DNA of 64,000 nucleotides from Pseudomonadota bacterium (GCA_040388195.1 JAZKCF010000042.1:2885-66884); one strand, 5' to 3'. Counted from the stretch's first letter, positions 29,299-38,084 are shown. Notes: generated by a model not told the origin, from the letters alone. Made by a program: numbers and translations.

Positions 29299-29643
29299 AT
29301 GGAAAGAGAACACCACATTATCTCCTGTTACGAATCTATGTCACTCGCGACCACCGACATGCTGGCGGCTGCCCGTCGCAACGATTGGGATGGCGTGATT
29401 GCAGCTGAACGCAATTGCTCACAAATCGTTGAGAATCTTAAACGCTTAGGCGACCTTGTTCCAACCGACCCGCAGCTTCGTCAGCGAAAGTTGGAAATTA
29501 TTATTAAAGTCCTCGCCGATGATGCGGAAATTCGGAACCTCACGCAGCCATGGTTGCAGCAATTAGAAGTTTTTCTGAAAAATGCCGGCACAACCAGAAA
29601 ACTTAGCCATGCTTACGGCGCGGTTTCGCCCGCTAATGAGTAA
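29299..29643 (+). CDS. fliT: probable flagellar chaperone FliT
   Basis: 114-aa helical protein directly after fliS, with a 1-nt gap. Composition and position are FliT-like, but sequence conservation in this family is weak. Confidence 0.55.
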   Translation: MEREHHIISCYESMSLATTDMLAAARRNDWDGVIAAERNCSQIVENLKRLGDLVPTDPQLRQRKLEIIIKVLADDAEIRNLTQPWLQQLEVFLKNAGTTRKLSHAYGAVSPANE

Positions 29644-29659
29644 TTTATAAAAGTAAAAT

Positions 29660-29869
29660 ATGTTAAGCGAGCATATTCAATATAACGCAGCGGCAAACTC
29701 CGACGATCGGACCGTGCCCACTGTTGATCGAGTACGCCCGCCTACCGCAGTGACACCACGTACCGAGGAGGAACAGTCTCGGCAACGGCAACATAAAAAT
29801 ACGCAAAAACCAAAAACCGACAAGAAGCGTCCTCCTGACTCACCTAACCAAATAGACGAATATGTTTGA
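29660..29869 (+). CDS. hypothetical small charged protein (69 aa), coding status uncertain
   Basis: It is one of two mirror-image candidate ORFs in the 271-bp gap between fliT and the fliK-like gene. It is Pro/Arg/Lys/Gln-rich and predicted disordered. It has no good Shine-Dalgarno sequence, and the antisense ORF has equal length. Confidence 0.3.
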   Translation: MLSEHIQYNAAANSDDRTVPTVDRVRPPTAVTPRTEEEQSRQRQHKNTQKPKTDKKRPPDSPNQIDEYV

Positions 29870-29914
29870 AAATGACTCGTAACCAAGTATTACTACTATA
29901 AAAAGCAAACCGTT

Positions 29915-30955
29915 ATGCCGGTAGATGTTTCATCTTTAGCTAGTCTTTTCCCTTCCCTCCCGCGATTGCTGGGAGGCAGTACAGCGTCTGCAAATAGCAC
30001 ATCAACGACATCAACTTTAGCTGCGGGTCAGATAGTAGCGGCAACTGTTGTGCAAAACCTCGATGCAAACCGGCTTATCGCGACAATAGGCGGGCAAAAC
30101 TACGATTTGCGTCTCCCTATTGCCACCACCATTGGCGAAACACTGCAATTGGAAGTTGTTTCAACTGAACCGGAGCCCTCCTTCCGCCTGCTTAATACGA
30201 CGCCAGGCTCACAAGGCAAAGAACAAAACGTAACGTTCAGCGACACCGCGCGGTTAATGCAATCAGCCAGCGCCACGTTGTCCAATAGTAAAGAGACATT
30301 GCCGGCGAGATTGCGTGCCGATCCAGTTCCGTTAGCGCAGGAGTCCCCTGCAGCGCCAGCCAAACTGGCCGACAATTTAAAATCTGCGATTAGTCAAAGC
30401 GGTTTCTTCTATGAATCGCATCAAGCGCAGTGGGTTAAAGGCAATTATTCATTGGAAGCCTTACGCCAAGAACCGCAGGCTTCGCCGCAGCAAGCAGCGT
30501 CTGCAAACGTGCAGCAAAACCTTGAACAACCAAATCGGCCATTGTCGGGAACCATAACTGGCAAAGATCAACAGCTGTTGCTATCAGCCAATCAAACCGC
30601 GCCTACTTTGGTCGAGCATCAAATCGCAGCTTTAGGTGGCGCACCAATCGAATGGTATGGTCAAGCTTGGCCCGGGCAACCGATACATGTATCGATTCAA
30701 CGCGACAAAGATCCTGGCGCATTTGATGACCCTTCGCAAAAAGGATGGGAAAGCCATCTCACTTTGGATTTACCTAATCTAGGTACCGTCGACGCGACCA
30801 TGCATCTCTCTGCAACCGGCGTGCGAATCACCATTAACGCCGCAGAAGAAACATCGACCGAAGCTTTGCGTACTGCCACCAGAGATTTGGTCGATACACT
30901 GGAAGGCATAGGAATCAAAGTGCTTGGCATAGGATTGGGTCATGGCAGAGGATAA
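29915..30955 (+). CDS. FliK-like protein (second hook-length-control paralogue, Flg_hook-like C-terminal domain)
   Basis: The C-terminal WESHLTLDLPNLGTVDATMHLSATGVRITINAAEETSTEALRTATRDLVDTLEGIGIKV parallels the FliK block at 40740-41834 (AEIHLNPENLGPVDVHIKID...ITFTALNPDTRNALENAMPQLRNMLTESGISV). Confidence 0.7.
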   Translation: MPVDVSSLASLFPSLPRLLGGSTASANSTSTTSTLAAGQIVAATVVQNLDANRLIATIGGQNYDLRLPIATTIGETLQLEVVSTEPEPSFRLLNTTPGSQGKEQNVTFSDTARLMQSASATLSNSKETLPARLRADPVPLAQESPAAPAKLADNLKSAISQSGFFYESHQAQWVKGNYSLEALRQEPQASPQQAASANVQQNLEQPNRPLSGTITGKDQQLLLSANQTAPTLVEHQIAALGGAPIEWYGQAWPGQPIHVSIQRDKDPGAFDDPSQKGWESHLTLDLPNLGTVDATMHLSATGVRITINAAEETSTEALRTATRDLVDTLEGIGIKVLGIGLGHGRG

Positions 30956-31253
30956 ACCAGCAGACAAGCAATTTGTGGCCGCAGCTCTGGCCTATCGAGC
31001 CGGCGCGAGCGCGCCGACAATTACTGCCAAAGGCCGCGGCAAAGTTGCCGAGGAAATTATTCGCCGTGCGAAGGAATCCGGCGTATTCGTACATGAATCG
31101 AAAGAAATGGTGGCTTTGCTGATGGAACTCGACCTCGATCAGCAGATTCCACCCACGCTTTACCGCGTGGTCGCCGAATTGCTAGCGTGGATTTACCGTA
31201 TTGAAAACCGCCTGCCTGCAACTTTAACGGCGCCGGTGGGACCTAAGAAATGA
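30942..31253 (+). CDS. stand-alone FlhB C-terminal-domain-like protein (EscU/YscU/HrcU switch family fragment type)
   Basis: AAALAYRAGASAPTITAKGRGKVAEEIIRRAKESGVFVHESKEMVALLMELDLDQQIPPTLYRVVAELLAWIY aligns with the FlhB region just after the NPTH autocleavage site. There is no transmembrane domain and no NPTH. It overlaps the upstream gene by 14 nt. Confidence 0.85.
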   Translation: MAEDKPADKQFVAAALAYRAGASAPTITAKGRGKVAEEIIRRAKESGVFVHESKEMVALLMELDLDQQIPPTLYRVVAELLAWIYRIENRLPATLTAPVGPKK

Positions 31254-31333
31254 GCCGAAAATCAATCGTTAATTTTTCACTCAATTTTGTTTTTGACGTG
31301 CAATATTGCAATATTACATAAGGCTGGTTAATC

Positions 31334-32092
31334 GTGGAACCTACCGTTAATCAATCAGGACCGCTGCTAGAACTGGAAGAAGACGACCGCTATCAGGTCT
31401 ATTCTCACGCTGAAATCGTCGCCATCCTACGCATGGTCCAAGAAGCAGACGCACCAATTACCATCACCTTTAATCAAGGCAAAGATTCCATATTCACAAT
31501 AATTTTGGAAATCAACCTTGAATCCGACGAACTGATTTTGGATTACGGACCGGACGAACTTTATAACCGACGTTTAATGACGGCCGAAACGGTAACGATC
31601 ATTACCGAACACAACCAGGTTAAAATTTTGTTTCGCTCCCAGCGCCCGGAAACTACTATCTATGACGAAAGCCCAGCGTTTCGGATCAAGATACCAAAAA
31701 CACTGATTCGCCTACAACGGCGTGAATTCTTTCGTATGTCAATGCCCATGGGAGACGCAATTAAATCCCACCTGTCTCTCAGCACCGGGAAAAGTTCTGC
31801 AAAGATCGAAGTAGAAGTTTTGGACATCAGTTGCGGCGGCGTAGCCTTGGCGGCTGACGATCAATTGCCTGGAGTAGAAGTTGGAAAAATTTATAAAGGC
31901 CTGCAGATTGAATTGCCCGAGATTGGTACCATCACGGCAGATGTGGAAATACGCAATATTTCTCAGCAGCCGATTCGCAATTCAGTCGTCAAACGACTAG
32001 GTTGCCAATTCGTCAATCTTCCAAACGCCATAGCCAGTATGGTGCAGCGGTATATCACCAAGCTAGAAGTTTCTCGCAAGCGACGATCCTAA
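31334..32092 (+). CDS. ycgR: YcgR-type flagellar brake protein (PilZN + PilZ c-di-GMP receptor)
   Basis: RxxxR motif (LQRREFFRM) and D/NxSxxG motif (LDISCGG), with an N-terminal YcgR-like domain. GTG start. The symbol is given by domain architecture and context only. Confidence 0.8.
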   Translation: MEPTVNQSGPLLELEEDDRYQVYSHAEIVAILRMVQEADAPITITFNQGKDSIFTIILEINLESDELILDYGPDELYNRRLMTAETVTIITEHNQVKILFRSQRPETTIYDESPAFRIKIPKTLIRLQRREFFRMSMPMGDAIKSHLSLSTGKSSAKIEVEVLDISCGGVALAADDQLPGVEVGKIYKGLQIELPEIGTITADVEIRNISQQPIRNSVVKRLGCQFVNLPNAIASMVQRYITKLEVSRKRRS

Positions 32093-32114
32093 GTACTCCG
32101 ATGAAATGAACAGG

Positions 32115-32230
32115 ACTTACGCAAAATTGTCCCAGCAAGGGTTGCGCAGGAGTTTCGAGCAGCATGCTGCGAGCCTGCGAAACGGTTTGCGCATGCAAGC
32201 GCAACGCCGCTGCGACAGTTTTGCGTAAAT
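32115..32230. repeat. TTACGCAAAA-ended palindromic element, long variant (R3, 116 bp)
   Basis: The ends are acttacgcaaaa...ttttgcgtaaat, with internal palindromes gcagcatgctgc and ttgcgc-N6-gcgcaa. It is collinear with R4 at 50958-51130. It fills the ycgR-like / TPR gene gap and touches the downstream ATG. Confidence 0.8.
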
Positions 32231-34757
32231 GCTAATGAAAAAAATTGGGCGTAACGATCCTTGCCCATGTGGCAGCGGCAAGAAAAATAAGCAGTGCTGC
32301 GGACCGCGCGAAAACTTCCAATCGGTAAAACTCCGCTCCGTAAATGTATCCCCTCCCGTGCCTCTTCAAGATGCGTTGGCACATCATCAAGCCGGGCGTT
32401 TGCCGGAAGCGGAAGCCATCTATCGGCAGATACTTCAAATGCAACCAAACGATGCGGACGCACATCATTTGTTAGGTGTAATTGCCATTCAAGTAGGGAA
32501 AAGTGAAGTCGCCATCGAACTCATTGGCAAGGCGCTCAAATTGCGGCCTGATTTTCCCGAGGCATACATTAATTTGGGAAACGCGCTTAGTGATCAAAAC
32601 AGGTTGGACGAAGCAATTGCGTGTTATCGCCAAGCAATCAAATTCAAATCCGATGCTGCCGAAGCGCACAATAATTTAGGAATGGCGCTTAGAGATCAAG
32701 GCAAATTAAGCGACGCAATTGCCTGTTATCGACAAGCAATCACGTTTAAATCAAATAATCCTGAGGCGTATGTCAATCTTGGAAATGCGCTTAAGGAACA
32801 AGGCAAAATAGATGAGGCAATTGCTTGTTATCACCAAGCAATCCAGTGCAAGCCCGATTTTGCCGATGCGCATAATAGCTTAGGAATCGCACTTAAGAAT
32901 CAAGGCAAGATAAACGAGGCGATTATTTGCTATCGACAAATACTCACGTTTCAGCCTGATAACGCCGCAGCACACAATAATTTAGGAGCAGCGTACAAGG
33001 ACCAAGGTAAATTGGAAGAAGCGATTGGCTGTTACGGTGTAGCGATCAAATACAAATCCGATTTTGCCGAGGCTTACATTAATCTGGGAAATGCACTTAA
33101 GGTCCAAGGCAAATTAGACCAGGCAGTTGCATGCTTGAAACATTCGCTAGCGATCAAAGAAACCATCGAAGCAAAAATCGATTTTGCTGCCTGTATAAAA
33201 AACGTTTCTTTCACGCAAGACGACCCTGAGAATCGACAGCTCATCATTAGAGCTCTATCTGAACCGTGGGGCCGGCCGGCCGATCTCGCGGGCACAGGCA
33301 TAAATATTCTCAAATTGAATCAAAACATGAGCGAATGCACAGAGCGTGCAGCGCAAACATGGCCCACCAGATTATCAGCGCAAGAACTATACGGATCTTC
33401 CGGATTTTCTTCCGTTGCAGATGATCGATTGCTGCAGTGCTTGTTGGAGAACGTTCCGATTTGCGATGTAGAACTAGAGCGTTTTTTAACCATGGCAAGA
33501 CTGGCAATGCTGAATGCCACCATAGGCCCTGCTGTTTCCGTTGAACCAAACGAACAAATTTTTTATTGCGCTTTGGCTCGACAATGTTTCATCAACGAAT
33601 ATATTTTTTCCTATACCGACGAAGAGTTCGATCAAGCACAATCGTTACGAGAACGCGTCGTCACTGCAATAGCAGCTAAATCATCTGTTCCTGCCGCATG
33701 GTTGATAAGCGTCGCCGCCTACTTCCCTTTGTTCTCTTTACCCACCATTGAAGCGCTATTCGATCAATCCTGGCCTGAAGCGGTTAATGCCTTGCTGGTG
33801 CAACAAATACGAGAACCGCGGGAAGAACAGCAGTATCGCGCTCAAATTCCCAGGCTTACACCCATTGATGATGAGGTTTCCTTATTAGTTCAGCAACAAT
33901 ATGAGGAGAATCCGTACCCTAGGTGGATTAAATGTCAGCAACGCGATAATCACCTGTCTCTGGAAGCCTATTTACGGCAACAGTTCCCGTTTGCGCCGAT
34001 TAAACCATTAGAGAAAAACGATGCGATCGATATTCTGATTGCTGGCTGCGGAACTGGCTGGCAATCAATTCAAACGGCGCAGCAATTTCGCCAGTCCCGA
34101 GTATTGGCCATTGATTTAAGTGTAACCAGTCTTTGCTACGCAAAAAGAAAGACGCACGAGCTTGGCTTGGAAAACATTGAATACGCGTGTGCCGACATCA
34201 CGAAGCTTGAATCCAGCGGGCGAACGTTTGATGCCATTGAGTCCATTGGTGTGCTGCACCATCTCGCGGACCCGAAAGCCGGTTGGCAAATGTTACTTTC
34301 ATTACTACGCCCTAATGGATTTATGCGCTTGGGTTTTTACAGCGAATATGCACGTCGCAATATTATTGCAGCACGGCAATTCATTGACCAACAAGGATAT
34401 GCAGGAAACGCAGCTGACATACGGCGTTGTCGCCAAGATTTAATATCCATGAAAGATAACGAGCAATTTAAAAAGCTACTGTCGTTCAATGATTTTTACG
34501 GAACTAGTGAATGTCGCGATCTGTTATTCCATGTTCACGAACATCATTTCACGTTACCGCAAATTAAGAAAATTTTAGAGGAATTTGATTTGGAATTTAT
34601 CGGGTTTTTTCTTGAAGCTCATGTAACCCAAAAATATGAAGTTCGCTTCGCGGATGACACATCAAAGACAAACCTGGATTACTGGAATATTTTTGAAACC
34701 GAAAATCCAGATATTTTTTCCGGCATGTATCAGTTCGTTGTACAAAAACGAGGATAA
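32229..34757 (+). CDS. SEC-C motif / TPR repeat / class I SAM-dependent methyltransferase fusion protein
   Basis: N-terminal GRNDPCPCGSGKKNKQCCG (SEC-C zinc motif), about nine 34-aa TPRs (AIACYRQAI.FK....AEA..NLG.AL..QGK), and C-terminal ILIAGCGTGWQSI (motif I). The start may be ATG 32235. Confidence 0.85.
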   Translation: MLMKKIGRNDPCPCGSGKKNKQCCGPRENFQSVKLRSVNVSPPVPLQDALAHHQAGRLPEAEAIYRQILQMQPNDADAHHLLGVIAIQVGKSEVAIELIGKALKLRPDFPEAYINLGNALSDQNRLDEAIACYRQAIKFKSDAAEAHNNLGMALRDQGKLSDAIACYRQAITFKSNNPEAYVNLGNALKEQGKIDEAIACYHQAIQCKPDFADAHNSLGIALKNQGKINEAIICYRQILTFQPDNAAAHNNLGAAYKDQGKLEEAIGCYGVAIKYKSDFAEAYINLGNALKVQGKLDQAVACLKHSLAIKETIEAKIDFAACIKNVSFTQDDPENRQLIIRALSEPWGRPADLAGTGINILKLNQNMSECTERAAQTWPTRLSAQELYGSSGFSSVADDRLLQCLLENVPICDVELERFLTMARLAMLNATIGPAVSVEPNEQIFYCALARQCFINEYIFSYTDEEFDQAQSLRERVVTAIAAKSSVPAAWLISVAAYFPLFSLPTIEALFDQSWPEAVNALLVQQIREPREEQQYRAQIPRLTPIDDEVSLLVQQQYEENPYPRWIKCQQRDNHLSLEAYLRQQFPFAPIKPLEKNDAIDILIAGCGTGWQSIQTAQQFRQSRVLAIDLSVTSLCYAKRKTHELGLENIEYACADITKLESSGRTFDAIESIGVLHHLADPKAGWQMLLSLLRPNGFMRLGFYSEYARRNIIAARQFIDQQGYAGNAADIRRCRQDLISMKDNEQFKKLLSFNDFYGTSECRDLLFHVHEHHFTLPQIKKILEEFDLEFIGFFLEAHVTQKYEVRFADDTSKTNLDYWNIFETENPDIFSGMYQFVVQKRG
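32373..33190 (+). repeat. tandem 102-bp coding repeats (TPR units) inside the fusion gene
   Basis: Consecutive 34-codon units are recognisably similar at the DNA level, e.g. gcaattgcgtgttatcgccaagcaatc / gcaattgcctgttatcgacaagcaatc / gcaattgcttgttatcaccaagcaatc. Confidence 0.8.
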
Positions 34758-34781
34758 ACTTACCTAATACGAATTCCACTT

Positions 34782-34871
34782 GTAGCCCGGATGAAGCGTC
34801 AGCGTAATCCGGGGGTGACATTCTCCGCTCCACCTTCGCCCCGGATTACACTGACGCTTCATCCGGGCTAC
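34782..34871. repeat. pair of inverted REP-like units (33-bp arms, 24-nt spacer)
   Basis: gtagcccggatgaagcgtcagcgtaatccgggg faces ccccggattacactgacgcttcatccgggctac with one mismatch. Each arm is itself a hairpin (cccggat...atccggg). It lies between convergent genes, so it could act as a bidirectional terminator. Confidence 0.85.
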
Positions 34872-34924
34872 CTGTTGTTCGGATACTTTGTGAGATTCAT
34901 ATAATCCCGCGTGTTAACCACACG

Positions 34925-35233
34925 TTAGACTTGCATATTCATAATGTCATGATAAGCGGAAACCAACTTGTTCCTTACTTGTACTGCCGCTTGAAATGAA
35001 ATGTTGGCTTTTTGCATCGACACCATCGCTTCTTCCAATGTGACGCCATTTTGGTCGAGCTGAAATTGCGTCGCGAGCGATTGCGCTTGATGTTGGGACT
35101 CGTTAACCTGATCAAGCGAGCGCTTGAGCATTTCGAGAAAGGAGCCTGATCCGGCGGCCTGTGTTGCGGGTGCGCTAGTTACGCCAGCTGAAGCCAAAGC
35201 GCTTTGCAGTGCATCAATTTTAGGAATCTCCAT
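34925..35233 (-). CDS. fliE: flagellar hook-basal body complex protein FliE
   Basis: The C-terminus MQKANISFQAAVQVRNKLVSAYHDIMNMQV fits FliE. I prefer the internal ATG at 35233 (MEIPKIDAL), which has a GAGG Shine-Dalgarno sequence. Confidence 0.9.
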   Translation of the reverse strand: MEIPKIDALQSALASAGVTSAPATQAAGSGSFLEMLKRSLDQVNESQHQAQSLATQFQLDQNGVTLEEAMVSMQKANISFQAAVQVRNKLVSAYHDIMNMQV

Positions 35234-35365
35234 GGTACACCTCTTCACAGATTGCTCACTGTGCGACGATAGCATCACCTTTCTTGCTTGAGCCCTCGAA
35301 ACAGAAATACAAAAATGACCTAATTTTCATGATCCCAGGCTAACCTGCTATCCCCACCGCCAAAA

Positions 35366-35381
35366 TGTGATCTACGTCATA
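35366..35381. promoter_or_regulatory. CRP-type palindrome TGTGATCTACGTCATA in the fliE/fliF divergent region
   Basis: One mismatch to TGTGA-N6-TCACA. The first 14 nt are identical to the fliC-upstream site. Confidence 0.4.
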
Positions 35382-35538
35382 ACCTCGGACCGTCATTCGT
35401 ACCACACTCTTTGAATACCGTGACAGGTTGGTAACGACGGAGGTCAAAATGCCAACGAAAACCCGCCTTATTCTCCGCATCACCGACGACGGTCGCTCCG
35501 CATAATCGTCCCATGTCTAATAACACTTACATAGGTCG

Positions 35539-37092
35539 ATGAATTCAATGCAACGCCTCCTGCAATTACCAGCTCGACAGCTCTTAGGCTTACTCGTCGC
35601 CGTCGCTGCGGTGATTGCTTTATCAGTTGGTGCATGGATTTGGGGGCAAACACCGGATTACAAGGTGCTGTACAGCAACCTATCAGACCGTGACGGCGGT
35701 GCGATTGTACAGTCGCTTAATCAAATGAACGTGCCTTACAAATTTACCGATGGCGGTGGCGCGCTCATGGTCCCATCCAATCTACTTTATGACACCCGGC
35801 TAAAACTCGCCTCCCAAGGTTTACCCCGTGGAAGTACCTCGGGCTTCGAAATCATGGAGCAGCAGAAGTTAGGTACTACCCAATTTCAGGAACAAATTAA
35901 TTATCAGCGGTCCTTGGAAGGCGAACTGGCTAAATCAATACAATCGCTTGCGTCGGTACAGGGCGCACGCGTACATCTTGCCATTCCAAAACCAACGGTT
36001 TTCCTCCGCGAACAACAAAAACCTAGCGCGTCAGTACTAGTTAATCTTTACCCCGGTAAAACCCTCGATCGCGCGCAAGTAAGCGGCATTTTGCATTTAG
36101 TATCAAGTAGTCTGCCGGAACTCAGTGCGAAGAATGTCAGTATCGTTGATCAAAACGGTAATCTTCTCACCAACCAAAATGACGCCGCAGGCCTTGATCC
36201 GAGCAAGCTCGCTTACACCCAAGAAGTAGAAAAAAGCTACATTGAGCGGATCAATCGCATCGTCGAACCGATTACCGGCGCCAATAATCTCCGAACGCAA
36301 GTAACAGCCGACATCGATTTCAATCAGAGCGAACAAACCGCCGAAACCTACAAGCCGAACGGCACGCCAGCAAATGCCGCGATGCGTAGCCAGCAATCAG
36401 CTGAATCTACTAATAGCGCCGGCGGCACAGCGCCTAGCGGTGTACCCGGCGCTCAGTCCAATCAGCCGAACGCGCAAGGCGCAAGCGCCGCGCCCGGAAG
36501 CGCGAATAACTCTGCAGCGCAAAAACAAAACACCGTCAATTATGAATTGGATAAAACGGTACACCTTACTCGTCAATCAGTAGGCGCGCTCAAACGGCTA
36601 TCTGCAGCGGTTGTCGTTAATAACCGCAGAGTGGTTGATGCGAAAGGGAAACCCACCTATATCCCTTTGGAAAAAGCACAACTAGACCAAATCAACACAC
36701 TCGTCAAAGAGGCAATGGGATTTAGCGAGACACGAGGCGACACTTTAAATGTGGTAAACGCGCCTTTTAGTGAACCGGAAAATGAAGTAATTCCAGCAGT
36801 GCCTTTATGGAAGCAGCCTGACAATATCGCGCTGGCCAAAGAGGTTGGCAAAAATATCCTAATTATTGCATTTGTTCTCTACCTCGTTTTAGGCGTACTG
36901 AAACCGCTGTTGAAAACCCTACTCTCAGCAGCGCCAGCGGCAGCGCCGCAGCTGACCGCGCAAGAAACACTCGCATCGATCAATAGCAGTGCTAATTCAA
37001 ACCATAGCAATAATTTGCAATTGGCCAAACAGCTTGCACAACAAGATCCGAAAATTGTCGCCAATGTTGTTAAAAGCTGGGTAAGCGAATGA
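35539..37092 (+). CDS. fliF: flagellar M-ring protein FliF
   Basis: N-terminal transmembrane segment, the YKVLYSNLSDRDGGAIVQSLNQMNVPYKF block, a second transmembrane segment near the C-terminus, and overlap with fliG. Confidence 0.95.
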   Translation: MNSMQRLLQLPARQLLGLLVAVAAVIALSVGAWIWGQTPDYKVLYSNLSDRDGGAIVQSLNQMNVPYKFTDGGGALMVPSNLLYDTRLKLASQGLPRGSTSGFEIMEQQKLGTTQFQEQINYQRSLEGELAKSIQSLASVQGARVHLAIPKPTVFLREQQKPSASVLVNLYPGKTLDRAQVSGILHLVSSSLPELSAKNVSIVDQNGNLLTNQNDAAGLDPSKLAYTQEVEKSYIERINRIVEPITGANNLRTQVTADIDFNQSEQTAETYKPNGTPANAAMRSQQSAESTNSAGGTAPSGVPGAQSNQPNAQGASAAPGSANNSAAQKQNTVNYELDKTVHLTRQSVGALKRLSAAVVVNNRRVVDAKGKPTYIPLEKAQLDQINTLVKEAMGFSETRGDTLNVVNAPFSEPENEVIPAVPLWKQPDNIALAKEVGKNILIIAFVLYLVLGVLKPLLKTLLSAAPAAAPQLTAQETLASINSSANSNHSNNLQLAKQLAQQDPKIVANVVKSWVSE

Positions 37093-38084
37093 ACGAAGAA
37101 GGAGTCAACGCCAGCGCTATCTTGCTGCTTTCAATAGGTGAAGAAGCGGCGTCCGAGGTATTTAAATATCTCGCGCCAAATGAGGTACAAAAACTCGGGT
37201 TGGCGATGGCTAGTCTTGGCAGTGTTACTCGCGACAGAATCGACTCGGTTTTAGAGCGATTTCGCACCAATGCCGAGCAGCACACTTCCATCGGCATGGA
37301 TTCCGACGATTACATTCGCAGTGTTCTCGTTAAAGCATTAGGTAGTGACAAAGCCAATTTACTGTTGGACCGTATTTTGCAAGGCGGCGACGCGAGCGGG
37401 ATTGAAGGTCTGAAATGGATGGCCTCTCCAAGTGTCGCCGAATTAATTAAGAATGAACATCCACAAATCATTGCTTCAATTTTGGTGCACTTGGAACGGG
37501 ATCAAGCTTCCGAAATATTGAACTGCTTTACCGACCGTTTACGCAACGACACGCTATTACGCATTGCAACGCTGGAAGGCATTCAACCCAACGCGTTGCG
37601 TGAATTGAACGATGTGCTCACTAAATTGCTTTCCGGTAGCGATCAGCACAAAAAAACCGCTATGGGCGGCGTTCGTGCAGCGGCGGAAATTCTCAATTTC
37701 ATCGGCACAGCGCACGAAACATCGATCATCGACAATGTGCGTGAGTACGACGCCGACCTAGCGCAAAAAATCCTCGACGAAATGTTTGTCTTCGATAATC
37801 TTATTGATGTCGATGATCGCGGAATGCAAGTCATATTGCGTGAAATTCAATCCGATGCGCTGATCATTGCGCTCAAAGGAGCGAACGAAGCATTACGCGA
37901 AAAAGTCTTCAAAAATATGTCGCAGCGTGCTGCAGAGACACTAAAAGAGGATTTGGAAGCCAAAGGTCCAGTGCGTTTATCCGAAGTGGAAGCACAACAA
38001 AAGGACATTCTCAAAGTTGTGCGCCGTCTAGCAGACGAAGGTCAAGTTGTCCTTGGCGGAAAAGGCGAGGATTCCTTTGTCTAG
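37089..38084 (+). CDS. fliG: flagellar motor switch protein FliG
   Basis: GEEAASEVFKYL, EHPQIIASIL and MFVFDNL blocks; 331 aa. Confidence 0.95.
   Translation: MNEEGVNASAILLLSIGEEAASEVFKYLAPNEVQKLGLAMASLGSVTRDRIDSVLERFRTNAEQHTSIGMDSDDYIRSVLVKALGSDKANLLLDRILQGGDASGIEGLKWMASPSVAELIKNEHPQIIASILVHLERDQASEILNCFTDRLRNDTLLRIATLEGIQPNALRELNDVLTKLLSGSDQHKKTAMGGVRAAAEILNFIGTAHETSIIDNVREYDADLAQKILDEMFVFDNLIDVDDRGMQVILREIQSDALIIALKGANEALREKVFKNMSQRAAETLKEDLEAKGPVRLSEVEAQQKDILKVVRRLADEGQVVLGGKGEDSFV

Noticed and set aside
32089-32463. 124-aa minus-strand ORF spanning the ycgR-like / TPR gene junction
   Set aside because: Its 5' portion is antisense to the conserved SEC-C/TPR coding sequence and its C-terminal end runs through repeat R3. 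The analogous ORF 51006-51218 runs through R4. Both are artefacts of the repeat family.
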